DNA of 64,000 bases, from positions 372,001 to 436,000 of the forward strand of contig NW_027590274.1 in NCBI RefSeq assembly GCF_964213995.1, in the 5' to 3' direction. The position numbers and the translations under genes were made by a program. How positions within the stretch are numbered: position 1 is the stretch's first letter; each line of letters starts with the position of its first letter. Origin of the DNA: Mustelus asterias. Taxonomy: Eukaryota. Under the pieces are notes generated by a model. That model saw only the letters and a program-made list of their open reading frames with translations. It did no database searches and had not been told where the DNA came from. Below are positions 48,695 to 61,849 of this stretch, piece after piece.

Positions 48695-50005
48695 GCTATT
48701 AGAAGGGGAGAATTTACGGACACAAATCTCAACAAACATGACGTTAGGATCTGACAGAGTCACCCAATTATTCAGGATCTGAATACCATCGGCATTTGAA
48801 ACTAGAATGGAAAATGTTTGTCTGTTCCTTCAAACTGTTTAAACATCAGTGTGACTGGAAAATCACTGAGACACAGACACTCGAGTGAGAGTATTCCAGT
48901 GAACTGACTGTGGAAAGAGCTTTAACCAGTTACACAGCCTGGAAAAGATTGAAGGATTCACAGTGAGGAGAGAGACCATGTATGTGTTATCTGTGGGGTC
49001 AAACCTTCATCTGAACCTGGAGATGTACAAAGACACTCAGACCGTGGAAATGTAGGGACTGTGGGAAGGGATTCAATTGTCCCTCGAAGCTGGAAACCCT
49101 TCGATGCAGCCACACTGTGGAGACACCGTTCACCTGCTCTGAGTTTGGAAGGGGATTTCGTGATTCATCCACCCTGAGGAATCACCAGCGACTTCACATC
49201 AGGGAGAGGCCATTCACCTGCTCTGAGTGTGGGAAGAAATTCAGCGATCCGTCTGCCCTGCTGACACAGCAGCGGGTTCACAATGGGGAGAGACCATTCA
49301 CCTGTTGTGTGTGTGGAAAGGGATTCACTCAGTCATCTACCCTGCAGAACCACCAGCGATTTCACACGGGTGAGGGACTGCTCCCCTGCTCAGAGCGTGG
49401 GAAGGGATTCACTCTCTCATCCCTCCCGCTGACAAACCAACACATTCACACTGGGCCGAGGCCATTCATCTGTTCCGAGTGTGGGAAGGGATTCACTCAA
49501 TTATCTAGTCTGCTGAGACACAAACGATTACACACTGGGGAAAGGCCATTCATCTGATGTGTGTGTGGGAAGTGACTCAGTCAATCATCCAGTCTGCTGG
49601 AATACTGAGGCACCTCCCCCAATAAGAAACCTGTTCAATGCTCTGACTGTGGGAGCTGCTTTTAAACCTGAGCCTACCTGAGGGTCAACCAGCGCATTCA
49701 CACTGAGGAGACCCCGTTCAGGCGCTCTCACTGTGCAAAGAGGTTTAGAACATCATCTGACCTACTGAAACATCAGGGAATTCACACTGGGGAAGAGACC
49801 CTGATCATTCCCACTCACTTTCAGCGATTTCTCATAAAACCTACCAGATTGGAAGCTTCTGCCTGAAATTTTATTTTCCCTTAGTTTCCAAACTGAGACC
49901 ATTCACCTGCTCAGTGGGTGGGAAAGGATTCACTTGTTCACCCAAGCTGCTGACACACCATGGCAGTCACACCCATTAGTGATCTTTTGGATGCTCTGAC
50001 TGTGG
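48695..50005 (+). pseudogene. C2H2 zinc-finger pseudogene (ZNF-D)
   Basis: Family acceptor ttcacag at 48694; fingers with lost Cys/His, stops after 49557, ends at an LTR. Confidence 0.85.
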
Positions 50006-50006
50006 C

Positions 50007-50540
50007 TGTTAATTATATCAATAGAGGTTAAGTTTATTCAGATGGAGGGCACTGATTAGATAGTTACAATGAGCAGGTAAAAAGTGGGACTCACTAATAT
50101 AACTTGGAATCAGAGTTGAACCTGTAATGTTTGATTCTGTGAACAAATCTATACCAAATAAAGATTGACTCCACACCAAGGCTGTCAGGATTATAACATG
50201 GTAACAGAAAATGCTTGTCTAATGGTGAAGGTTGGAAACGAAAAGAAAGTATATTTCAGACGGAAGCTTCCAATCCCAGCAGCTTTTGTGAGAAATGACT
50301 GAAAGACAGTGGGAATTGTCAGGGTCTGATTACCTGCTGATGTTCTCGGAGTCTGAACCATACAACCAGTGGAAGAATGAAGTGGCGATGTGGACACGGG
50401 TTACATCCCGATCAAGGAGGAAACAAGATCTGGCCTTGGCATTGTCACTTCCTAACACAAGGAAAATCAGCAACAAAGCATTTTCTGATCTGCCAAACTG
50501 CAAGTTGATAACTGCACTGGCACGGATGATTCATGTAAAG
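50007..50540 (+). mobile_element. LTR retrotransposon 5' end (LTR, PBS, gag start)
   Basis: tgtta...taaca 50007-50198 with AATAAA; tggtaacagaaaatgctt resembles an initiator-Met PBS; gag-like EPYNQWKNEVAMWTRVT...LALSLP. Confidence 0.7.
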
Positions 50541-52015
50541 AATTCACTTCAGGTGGTTGGAGGGTAGAATCCCTGTCAATTGGTCTATGGGAGAAATCCC
50601 AAATTCCCCTCTGTGCCGGGCGATCGCCCTCCTGCTTTAAAGGGATACAATTAGTTCCATTTTCAGTCATCAATTATCTGATTGTTCCATGAAAAGAATT
50701 GCTCGAAGCAACAAATTATTGGAGATACCAGAAGAGGGTTTCTTCATGTGTAACGTTTGTGTTGAAGAAGAAAAAACATCTTTCTCTTCGATTTGTTTTG
50801 AAACACTGTTTGTGTGAATTTTTGCGATCCCAGTCAGGACTGTTAACGTTTGCAGAGAAATTCGAACACCCAGTGATTAACTGAAAGAATTACATCACAA
50901 GATTCCACATTGTTAAACAAAAACAAACTTTACTGTATGTTTAAATAAAATTTAAAAAGACAACACTACAAATTGAATACAATAAAGATTTATGATATAA
51001 ACCTAGTTCTGTTTTTTTACCTCACCCCAAGAGTTTCTTTATATTTAACAATATCTTCAAGTTTCATTCACTTCTGTTCCTCGGACCATCCCAAAGGTAT
51101 GTCAAAGCTCTCCACAATTCACTTTAATTCTCCCCAGTACTCCAGATATTCTCCAAGCTCCAAGAGTTAATGGGAATCCATCCATTATCTTTTCACTAAA
51201 CAAGCCTCCAATTTTCCTTTAAGCTCTCAAACTGTGGACTCCTCAGTCCAAACATGGGCTTCACTGCATTCTTGCTGAAGGATTTAAATGTTGGAAACAC
51301 CCCTGGTTTCTAATGGTCCTCCAGGCTCCAGTCCCGCAGCTGGTTCACAGCTCCTGATCCCACAACTGGTGGCTTCCAAGCTAACTGCAGACTGTCCGCT
51401 GTCTATCTGTGGAACCAGGTCATTGATTGGAAAGGACTCAAAAGGTTACGGGGAAAAGGCAGGAGAATGGGATTGAGATTTATCAGCCATGATCGAATGG
51501 CACAGCAGATTTGATGGGCCGAATAGCCTAATTCTGCTCCTATATCTTATGGTCTAATTCTAACCAAGGGTCCACCCTGAATCACATATCCCCATGGTAA
51601 CAGAGACCAGGTGGAATATCTGACAGATATTTAGCTTCAAAACTAAACCCTTTTTCCCTGAGGTCTGCATGAAGAATTCACCGATCAAAAACAGTACAAT
51701 AATTGTCAGACCCAATGTCTCCAGCTAAAAGATCCAGCTGACCTTTTACAGTTCTTACCTCTCGAGTTTTGACTTCTTAAACCAACATGGGCCATGCTTT
51801 GTGACTGCGAATTCCCTGAGGGTGTTTTTGTCAGATTATCAACCCAGGTTTTCCATTTTTTAAAAGCAATTCTTGCAACTAATTCTTATTTCTAAAACAT
51901 AGGAATTATGAAATTAGATTTTTGGAACAAAAACAGGAAAAAATGGAAATGTATCACTTTCATAATATCCCATTTAGAATATTACAATGTACAACATGCT
52001 GTATATCTTAACAAC

Positions 52016-52109
52016 TCCATCTGACGAAGGAGCAGTGCTCCGAAAGCTTATGGTATTTACTACCAAATAAACCTGTTGGACTTTAACCTGGTGTTCTGAG
52101 ACTTCTTAC
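52016..52109 (+). mobile_element. 94-bp Penelope pLTR insertion with hammerhead motif
   Basis: TSD tatcttaacaac (52004-52015, 52110-52121); ccat-CTGACGA-aggagcagtgctcc-GAAAGCTT-atgg. Confidence 0.85.
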
Positions 52110-53199
52110 TATCTTAACAACAGCCATGATCTTATTGAATGGCAGAGCAGGCTCGAAGGGCCAAATGGCCAACTCCTGTTCGTAAGTCCACTGTTTTCCT
52201 ATGTTGATCTATCTTATAACCTGCAACAGACAGAATAATCCCTCCATTGTCCACTTCACATTCACAAGTCCAGCTTGGTAACAGCACACTGCTGGGTTCC
52301 ATGTCCAGGAATCTCAGTCCACTGAAGGTGGAAATTACTGCTTGCAGTCTTTTCTGAAAGTTTTCTTTTTACAATAATTATAGTCCAAAGTTCCTCCTGC
52401 AAAAGGAGAGTCTTCATTGCTGTTCATTTGTGAATTTTCAAGTTCTATTTTGAAAACAGTCTGTCCAGAGTTCACATTTTGAAATTTATTTTCTTCCATG
52501 TTTGTAGTTCTTCCATTGTTTAAATCCAGAGAGAATATTCCAGTCAATTCCACATTGAAACTGTCTTCTTCTCGCTCAGTTATAGCTGATTCCTTTATTG
52601 TCCAAAACAATATATTCACAATATCTTTAAAACAGAAATTAAACATTCCCATTTGATTTCAGACAGTAACATATTCTGTTAGTTTGTTCTTTGTCAATGT
52701 CAGGCTCGGGTTGTTCTCCTTGGAGCAAAGGAGGTTGAGGGGAGATTTGATAGAGGTGGACAAGATTCTGACAGGTTTAGATAAGGTGGACAAAGAAAAG
52801 CTGTTCCCAGTAGCTGAAGGGACAAGGATGAGGGGAGACACAGATTTCTTGTTTTGGGTCAGAGATGCAAGGGGTGGGGGGGGGGGGGGGCGGGGGAGAT
52901 GTGAGGAAGAATATTCTGATGCAGCGAATGGTAATGACCTGGAACTCGCTGCCTACAAGGGTGGAGGAAATGGAGACAATAAACAATTAAAAAGGAAATT
53001 GGATGGGCATTTGGGATGTTCCAAACAGAACAAAGAGCAAAGAAAATTTTGTTTTCTTTAAACAAAAAAAAACAAAGAAAATCCATCAAGACATCATTTG
53101 ATTGAGTGTGGCAGAAAGGGACCTACACAGGGTTGGAATCGGTGGGAGTTGGGGGGCGGGGGGAACTCTCCACCGGTTGGGGATATACCAGGTACAGAT

Positions 53200-55260
53200 G
53201 AGGATGGCTGTGGTTGTTGGAGGTCAGTCATCACTGCAAGGGTCACTGCAGGGTTCATCTAAAACTCTGCTGGCCATGTTTAAACTCACATTAAGTGTTA
53301 TTCCACTATCACCCTTGTGCACGATGATCCACCCAGTAAAGCAACAACTTAATATTAAAATTCTCATCCTTGGTTTCAAATCACTCCATGACCTTGCCTG
53401 TCCCAATATCTATAATCCCCACAACCCTCAATATATTACACTGCTCTAATTCTGGTCTTTAGTTTGTCCCTGCCCTTGCTTCACCATTGCAAGCTCTACC
53501 TTCAGTTGCTTCGGCTCCAATCTCTGGAGTATCATCCCTACACGTCTCCAACTCTCCACCTCGCTTTACTCCTTTAACACACCCCTTAAAATCTACCACT
53601 TTGACCAAACCTTTGGTCATCTAACCTAATATCTTCTTTGTGGCTCAATATCATACTTTATTTTACAATGCTCCTTGGATGTTTTATTACTTTAAGGCGC
53701 TATATAAATATATTTTGTTGTTCCTCATGTCTCCTGGGCCTAATCATTTTCAGCGGCTTCATTAATTACCGTCTCCCCACCGTAGGGTGGGAAACGGGGA
53801 TGTTCACTGATGATTGCAGTGTATATTACCATTCACAACTCTGAATACTGAAGCTGCCCGCATGCAGCGCAGGACCAGGACAACATTCAGGTTGGAACTG
53901 ATTGTCAATTCATACTGACACCACATAATTATCAGGAAATATCTATTTCTAGCAAGAAAATCTAACCATCTTCCCTTGATATTCAATGGCATTACCATCA
54001 GTGAATGTCCCACCAGCAATAACTTTGGGGTTACCATTGACCAGTCATTTAAATACTGTGGTTACAGGAGCAGATCAGAGGTTGGGAGTTTTGTGGCAGG
54101 TTACTCACTTAATGACTCCCCAAAGGCTTGCCATGATTCACAAGGTATAAATCAGGAGTAAGGTGGAATATTCCCTACCTGGATGAGTGTATCTGCAACA
54201 ATTTTGTAGATCCTATCCAGGACAAAGTAGCTCGCCTGATCAGCATCTCAAATACCACCTTAAACATTCACTCTCCACCATTAGCCCATAATGGTGGCAG
54301 TGTATCCCACAGATTAGATGCACTGCAAGAAATCACCAAGGCTGTTTTCACAGCATGTTCCAAACCCTAACTCCTACCACTTGAAAAACAAGTGCAGCCA
54401 GCGTTTGGGAATGTCACCATCTGCAAATTGCACTCCACATCACACACCATTCTGACTTGAAAATCAATCACCATTCCTTCTCTGTCACTGCATCAAATTC
54501 CGGGAACTCCCTAACAGCGTTGTGGGTATACCTACACCAGATGGATTGCAGCAATTCAAGAAAGTGGCTCACTTTCTTCACAAGGGCAATCAGTGATGCG
54601 CAATGAATGTTGGCCTTGCCAGCCACATTCACATCCCCTGAAAGAATAAAACAAAATCCTCATCCCTGGTATCATTCTCAGTCATGAGGACTGCAATTAT
54701 CAATGAACAGCTCCGCTTTTGACTCTATGATGGGGGAGGGTCATTGGTGGAGCAACTGAGGATGGATGGGCCGAGGACACTACCCTAGGGCTGAGATGAT
54801 TGGCCTCCAACAACCGCGATCATCCTCCTCTGTGCGGGATGTGGCTCTCGCCGGTGGAGAGTTCCCCCTGATTCCCATTGACTTCAATGTTAATAGGGTT
54901 GCTTGATGGCACGCACAGTCAAATGCTGCCTTGATGTCAATGGCAATCACTCCAACATCACCCAGTTCAACTCTTTTGTCCATGTTTGGACAAAGGCTGT
55001 AAATGAGGCAGGAGGTGAGTGGTCCTCGGTGGAACCCAAAATGAGCATCAGTGAGCAGGTTGTTGCTGTAGAAATGCTGCTTGATCGCACCGTTGGCAAC
55101 AACATCTTCCATCATTTTGCTGATGATCAAGACGAGAGACATTGGAGGGCAGTTGGCCAGTTTGGATTTTTCCTTATCCATTGCCTTCAGCTGTTTATTG
55201 ATATCCCTTGAAGTGAATCGAATTGGCTGAAGATGGGCATCTGTGATACGAGGGACCTCA
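53200..55260. mobile_element. Old CR1-group/L2 LINE fragments in both orientations
   Basis: Minus RT peptide LLTDAHFGFH...AIDIKAAFD (54780-55260); decayed plus-strand RT and L2-like 3' sequence 53200-54640. Confidence 0.7.
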
Positions 55261-55699
55261 GGATGGATAATCCATATGGAGAGATTAGAGAAGCTGGAAT
55301 TGCACTCTATAGAGCAGGAAAGGTTAAGGAAAGATTTAATAGTGATATTCAAACTTTTGAGAGGTTTTGATAAAATGCATGTCTGTTTCCATTGGTTTAG
55401 AACCAAAAGACATCGGGTGGAATTTCATGAAAAAAATTCGAAGTGCTGAATGAGTGAGAAAAGTTTCAAACTCGCATCTTGGGCAAATTTAAAAAAGCAA
55501 TCTTGTGGCACTTAGTCAAAAACAGTCACAATATAATCCTCACTGCAGGAGGAAGGGGAGGAACCTAAACTTGCTGGGGAAGCCAGCTGCTGATCTGGAG
55601 GGGTGTCATTGTGCATGCGCTCCATCCTCCCAGTTTCCAGCTTCAGTGGACATCCCCCCCTCCCCACAGAAATCGCCGCGCCAATCTCCTCATCTGTAG

Positions 55700-55985
55700 C
55701 GTTTCCCCCAAATCACCAACCCCTCCCCCAATCAGCATCCCTGCAGAGTTCTCCCTCTCGCCCCCTCCCTGATCACCACCCCTGCAGAGTTTCCCCGATC
55801 ACCAGCTCCCTCCCCCATCAGGACTCCTGCAGAGCTCCCCCCCCAACCCTCTCCTCAATCACCACCCCTGCAGAGTTTCCCCGATCACCAGCTCTCTCCC
55901 CCATCAGGACTCCTGCAGAGCTCCCCCCTCTAATCCCCTCCTCAATCACCACCCCTGCAGAATTTCCCAATCACCACTCCCTCCC
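55700..55985. repeat. C-rich tandem repeat (~86-bp compound unit)
   Basis: Repeated cctgcagagtttccccgatcaccagctc and tcaccacccctgcaga. Confidence 0.8.
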
Positions 55986-56679
55986 CCGAGTCAGCTTCAC
56001 CGTCCCACGGAGTGACCCAGGGGTCCATTGGCGCCTCGAGGGAGGAGGGGGGCCTGGGGACGGTGCTGGGGCCTTCCACCCGGGGGATTCCGGCCGATGG
56101 GATGCAGGGCTTTCCGACTCCCCCTTTCCTGACACCGGTGCATCTCAAGAGCAGCAGGGTGAACAGCAAGGCAAGGATACATCCATATCACCAGGAAGAC
56201 GGCTGGACCCCTCTAGGTCCCAGCTCTCCAGCAGACGCCTGCCAGGGGCATCACAGGCAAATGGGTGCGGAGTGCAGCTGGCTGCCTCCAGTTCTGATGT
56301 GCATCCTGGGGGGACGTGTTGATGTGGCGCTGGACCACGGGAGATGGAGATGTTGTGGGGTCGCCAGGAGGGCACGGGTGAAAGTCTATATGAGAAAGGT
56401 TTAGGGAATTGGGCTCTGTTGATGATCACATCCACCTGTTTTATAGCACTGTTAACTATCGGCCCTTCGTGTTATTGCATTGTTAGTTTCACCAATAAAT
56501 GTTCAAAGATGTGCAGGTTAGGTTGATTGGCCATACTAAATTGATCCGAGTGTCAGGGGGATTAGCAGGGTAAATGTGAGTTTACGGGAGTAGGGCCTGG
56601 GTGGGATTGTGGTCGGAACAGGCTCGATGGGCTGAATGGCCTCCTTCTGTACTGGAGGGATTCTATTCTATTCTCTATA

Positions 56680-57735
56680 AAATTACAGCACAGAAACAAG
56701 CCCTTTGGCCCTCCAAGCCTGTAGCAACCATGCTGCCCGTCTGAACTAAAACCCCCTACCTTTCCGGGGACCATATCCCTCTATTCCTATGCTATTCATA
56801 TATTTGTCAAGACACATCTTAAAAGTCACTATCGTATCTGCTTCCCCTACCTTCCCCGGCAACGAGTTCCAGGCACCCACCAACCTCTGTGTAAAGAACC
56901 TGCCTCGTAAATCTCCTTTAAACCTTGCCCCTCACACCTTAAACCTATGCCCCTAGTAATTGACTCTTCCACCCTGGGAAAAAGCTTCAGATTATCCACT
57001 CTGTCCGTGCCCCTCATAATCTTGTAGACTTCTATCAGGTTGCCCTCCTCAACCTCCGTTGTTCCAGTGAGAACAAACCAAGTTTCTCCAACTTCTCCTC
57101 ATAGCTAATGCCCTCCACACCAGGCAACATCCTGATAAATATTTTCCATACCCTCTCCAAAGCCTCCACATCCTTCTGGTAGTGTGGTGACCAGAATTGA
57201 ACACTAGATTCCAAGTGCGGTTTAACTAAGGTTCTATAAAGCTGCAACATGACTTGCCAATTTTTAAACTCAATGCCCCGGCCGATGAAGGCAAGCATGC
57301 CGTATGCCTTCTTGACTAACTTCCCCACCTGCATTGCCACGTTCAATGACCTGTGTACCTGTACACCCAGATCCCTCTGCCTATCAATACTCTTAAGGGT
57401 TCTGCCATTTACTGTACATATCCCATCTGTATTAGTCCTTCCAAAATGCATTACCTCACATTTGTCCAGATTAAACTTCATCTGCCATCTCTTCGCCCAA
57501 GTCTCCAACTGATCTATATCCTGCTGTATTCCACCTGCCGGTCCCCATCGCTATCCACAATTCCACTAACCTTTGTGTCGTCCACAAACTTACCAATAAA
57601 ACCAGTTACATTTTCCTCCAAATCATTTATATATATTACAAACAGCAAAAGTCCCAGCACTGATCGCTGAGGAATGTCACTTGTCACAGCCCTCCATTCA
57701 GAAATGTACCTTTGCACTGCCAACCTCTGTTTTCT
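56680..57735 (-). mobile_element. CR1 LINE 3' kilobase
   Basis: KFVDDTK, WQMKFNLDKC, LVKPHLESSVQFWSP and tail. Confidence 0.92.
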
Positions 57736-57975
57736 TCTGACTAAATATCTCTAAACTTCCTAACACCCTGCCACTCTGTGATCCTTGTGACATTTGAAAC
57801 CAGGTATTCACAAAAAGACTCAAAGAGCATCAGCCAACTGGAGGCTGAGACCAGCCAGTCCAGTACAAAGAAACCCTCTGACCCTTCCCATTGACCAACT
57901 GTGAGAATGAACAAAATGCAGTCCTGGATGTAATTGAGAGCAGAAACAATAACAGCAGAATCCTACCCCTGGGAA

Positions 57976-58986
57976 TCACTTGTGAACTTGTTGATGTCTC
58001 AGCAGCTGGGATGAAACTGTGAATCCCTTCCCACACTGAGAGCAGATGAATGGCCTCTCCCCAGTGTGAACTCGCTGGTGTGTCCGCAGGCTGGATAACT
58101 GAGTGAATCCCTTCCCACACTGAGAGCAGGTGAACGGCCTCTCCCCAGTGTGAACTCGCTGGTGTGTCCGCAGACTGGATGACTGAGTGAATCCCTTCCC
58201 ACACTGAGAGCAGGTGAATGGCCTCTCCCCAGTGTGAACTCGCTGGTGTTTCTGCAGGCTGGATAACTCAATGAATCCCTTCCCACATTGAGAGCAGGTG
58301 AAGGGCCTCTCCCCAGTGTGAATTCGCTGGTGTGTCTGCAAGTGGGATGACTGCGTGAATCCCTTCCCACACTGCGAGCAGATTAATGGCCTCTCCCCAG
58401 TGTGAACTCGCTGGTGTGTCTGCAGGCTGGATAACTGAGTGAATCCCTTCCCACACTGAGAGCAGGTGAACGGCCTCTCCCCAGTGTGAACTTGCTGGTG
58501 TTTCTGCAGGCTGGATAACTCAATGAATCCCTTCCCACATTGAGAGCAGGTGAACGGCCTCTCCCCAGTGTGAACTCGCTGGTGAGTCAGCAGGTTGATT
58601 GACCGAGTGAATCCCTCCCCACACTGAGAGCAGGTGAATGGCCTCTCCCCAGTGTGAACTCGCTGGTGTCTCTGAAGGTGGGATGACTGAGTGAATCCCT
58701 TCCCACACTGAGAGCAGCTGAATGGCCTCTCTCCAGTGTGAACTCGCTGGTGTGACTGCAAGCTGGATGACCGAGTGAATCCCTTCCCACACTGAGAGCA
58801 GGTGAACGGTCTCTCCCCAGTGTGAACCCGCTGGTGTGACTGCAGGCTGGATGACAGAGTGAATCCCTCCCAACACTGAGAGCAGGTGAATGGTCTCTCC
58901 CCAGTGTGGCGGCGCCGATGAGCTTCCAGCAGAGATGGGGCTCTGTATCTCTTCCCACAGTCCCCACATTTCCATGGTTTCTCCAT
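57976..58986 (-). CDS. C2H2 zinc-finger protein, 12 fingers, no KRAB seen (ZNF-E)
   Basis: Open 336-codon frame from [11 protein letters not shown]; acceptor 59338-59339; intact first-exon donor 61285-61290. Confidence 0.92.
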   Translation of the reverse strand: MEKPWKCGDCGKRYRAPSLLEAHRRRHTGERPFTCSQCWEGFTLSSSLQSHQRVHTGERPFTCSQCGKGFTRSSSLQSHQRVHTGERPFSCSQCGKGFTQSSHLQRHQRVHTGERPFTCSQCGEGFTRSINLLTHQRVHTGERPFTCSQCGKGFIELSSLQKHQQVHTGERPFTCSQCGKGFTQLSSLQTHQRVHTGERPLICSQCGKGFTQSSHLQTHQRIHTGERPFTCSQCGKGFIELSSLQKHQRVHTGERPFTCSQCGKGFTQSSSLRTHQRVHTGERPFTCSQCGKGFTQLSSLRTHQRVHTGERPFICSQCGKGFTVSSQLLRHQQVHK

Positions 58987-60671
58987 GGTGCAGGTGTCCT
59001 TGCCTCTCTCTTGGGTGGACAATCAGTTGAAGCCTCGTCCACACACAGAACACGAGTACAGTCTCTCCCCGCTGTGAATGGTGCGATAGTTATTCAGGCT
59101 GTGTAACTGGTTAAAGCTCTTTAGTCCGTGCGCTGGAAGACTCTCACTCGAGTGTGGCAGTGTGTTGGTGCTTTTGCAGTCACACTGATGTTTGAAATCT
59201 TTTCAAATCAACAGACTGGACAATCATTTCTCCTTCCAGATTCAAAGGCCGATGATATTCAGCTCCCATGGAATATGACTCTGTCAGATCGAGACGTGAC
59301 GTTTGAGATTTCAGCCTGTGATTCCTCTTTCAATATCCTGTAAAACGAGTTCACAAAAGTCATCAGTGTCAGTACACGATAGAAATTCAGGACAGACAAT
59401 TCTAGTTTCTATAGTTTCTTTCCTCTCTCATTCCCCAAAAAGCTGTGAATCTCCATCCCACACACTCTCCCTCCATTCTCACTCTGCTGTATCTAATATT
59501 CACCCTCCCAATTCTCCTGAAGGTGCTGATTGAGGCTGATTGACAGATCCACGCTCACTGCTTCCTGTCCTGGACACAGAGACCATAACAAATAGGAGCT
59601 GCAGTCGGCCATTTGGCCCATCGAGCCTTTTAAACTATTCAATGAGATAACTTGTTCATCTCCCTCAGCATTATTGTCCCCACACTAAACCCATATCCCT
59701 TGATATCTTCAATATCTAGAAACCAATCAATCTCTCTCTTGCAAGTAGTTGATGACTGAGGCTTCCCTGTCCTCAGGGGTTGAGAATTCCAAAGCTTTAC
59801 CACATCCTTGAGTGAAGAAATCCCCCCACATATTAGCTTTTGCTCCATCCTCTTGTCTGTTCCCCATAACCCTTGACACCTTTGTCAGTCAAAAATCTGT
59901 CTAACTGGAATATATTCAATGATCCTCATCCTCAACTGGTTCCTGTGGAAGAGAAATCCAAAAGACTCACAACCCTCTGAGGGAAGAGATGTCTGGAAAT
60001 ATATAACGTAGCTACAGTTCCATATTACAAGATATTCAGATCCCAAGGAATATGACTCTTTCTAGATTTGACGGTTGAGATTTTTGCCTGTGATTCCTCA
60101 TTCAAAATCCTGTGAAATGAGTTTGCAAAAGTCATCACAGTCAGTATAGGATAGAAATTCAGAGCAGACAATTCTAGTTTCTATGGAACATTCTTTCCTA
60201 TTTCATTCCCAAAAAGTTGTAAATCTCCATCTATATCTATGGATTCTAGTTAAAAATGAAAGTGGATGGGCACTTGAAGGAAATAAACTTTCAGGAGAAT
60301 GGGGATATAGAGTGGGAATGGGACTGGAATGTTATACAGAGAGTCAGCATGGACTCGAGTTACCGAATGGATTCGAGTTACCGAATGGATTCCTTCTGTG
60401 CTGTAATGGGCTTTATGACTGGAAATGTATAACATCGCTACAGCATTATATTACAATGCAAGAAATAATAATAAAAGTATTTTATTACAGAAACATAAAT
60501 AATATATCTAATCTGGGTACCATATAACAACACTAGACATATCTCTGTCCTATATAAACGTAAATGTCAGCCATCTCCTGGGGAAAGCTGCCCTTTAATT
60601 GTGAACATTCGGAAAAAGACCATCCTTTTAGACAGACAAATAAATGTGTCAAGCTGAGGGATCAAAGGATA

Positions 60672-61150
60672 TTTACCAGGCTGATTCAGGGAATGGCGGG
60701 ACTGATGTATGAGGAGAGACTGACGAGGTTAGGATGGTTTTCGTTGGAGTTCAGATGAATGAGGGGGGATCTCACAGAGACTTATAAAGTTCTAACAGGT
60801 CGAGACAGGATAGCTGCAGGGAGGATGTTTCTGATGGTGGGGGAGTCCAGAACCAAGGGTCACAGTCTGAGGATTCAGGGTAGACCATTTAGGACGGAGG
60901 TGAGGAGACATTTCTTCACCCAAAGAGTGGTGAGCCTGTGGAATTCATGACCACAGGAAGAAATTGATGCCAAAACATTGAATGTATTCAAAAGCAGCTA
61001 GATACAGCACTTGGGGCAAATGGGATCACAGGTTATGGGGAGAAAGCAGGATTAGACTATTGAGTTGCTTGATCATCCATGATCTTAATGAATGGCAGAG
61101 CAGGCTCGAAGGGCCAAATGGCTCCCTCCTGCTCCTATCTTCTATGTTTC
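60672..61150 (+). mobile_element. CR1 LINE 3' fragment in the ZNF-E intron
   Basis: CR1 peptide and tail; the paralogous site at ~10436-10480 is empty. Confidence 0.88.
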
Positions 61151-61284
61151 TCTTAAATTTCTTTAAGAGAGAGAGAGACCTGGGCCAACCTTTCCTGAGT
61201 CTGCACTCTCCCTGGATTCACTTCCTTTTCCTTCAGTTGTTGCAATTCTCCAATTACCCCCAGAATGAGAAAAGAAAGTGTTTT

Positions 61285-61849
61285 ACTCACAGATGTTGGC
61301 CTCTTTTAGGTTGAGACTGAAGGAAGTTTGAGTCTGTCTGAAGCTCAATCTTCATTCACACAAAACCCGCGCTCTGATTGACTGGAGGACCACGGTCTTT
61401 CCGGTCCTCCAAGTCTTCCCATTGGCCAGAGCTGGTGAGCGGAAGTGAATCAGACGTGCGCATGTGCGGGTTTTGGGGGAATGCGCATGTGCGGGTGTGG
61501 GGCGGGGCCCGGGACACAGCCGGCGCACTGACCATTGTCTGTCCGGGTCTTCCAGCCATTCCCATTGGACAACAGCTCAGCGCGGCTGGAGGACAAAGTC
61601 CCGCCCACCCCCTCGTAGGGCTCCGCCCCTCATTGTCTGTCTGCGTGGGATTGACCAATGGGAACTCTGGAGGACCGGCAGTACTCGGGTCCTCCAGCCA
61701 ATCAGAGCTCCCCCATTGTCTGAATGCGGAAGTTGGACAATGAGCTTGTTCAGCTGCTCATTCCTGCCGAGCAAAGCTGCTGCTCTCTCTGAATGAAGAT
61801 TGAGCTTCAGACAGGCTCAAACTTCCTTCTGTCTTCAACATCTGTGAGT
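61285..61849. promoter_or_regulatory. Bidirectional CpG promoter between two head-to-head ZNF first exons
   Basis: Donors gtgagt at 61290-61285 (minus) and 61844-61849 (plus); NRF1-like tgcgcatgtgc twice, ETS cggaagt twice, GC and CCAAT boxes. Confidence 0.85.

Noticed and set aside
52335-52652. 105-aa minus-strand ORF
   Set aside because: No recognisable homology or splice structure; its start lies in duplicated ZNF 3' flank
55603-56322. 239-aa proline-rich ORF
   Set aside because: Explained by a C-rich tandem repeat within GC-rich repeat-like DNA; no domain or splice support
57830-59053. Long alternative-frame ORFs over zinc-finger arrays
   Set aside because: Shadow frames of the 84-bp finger repeat
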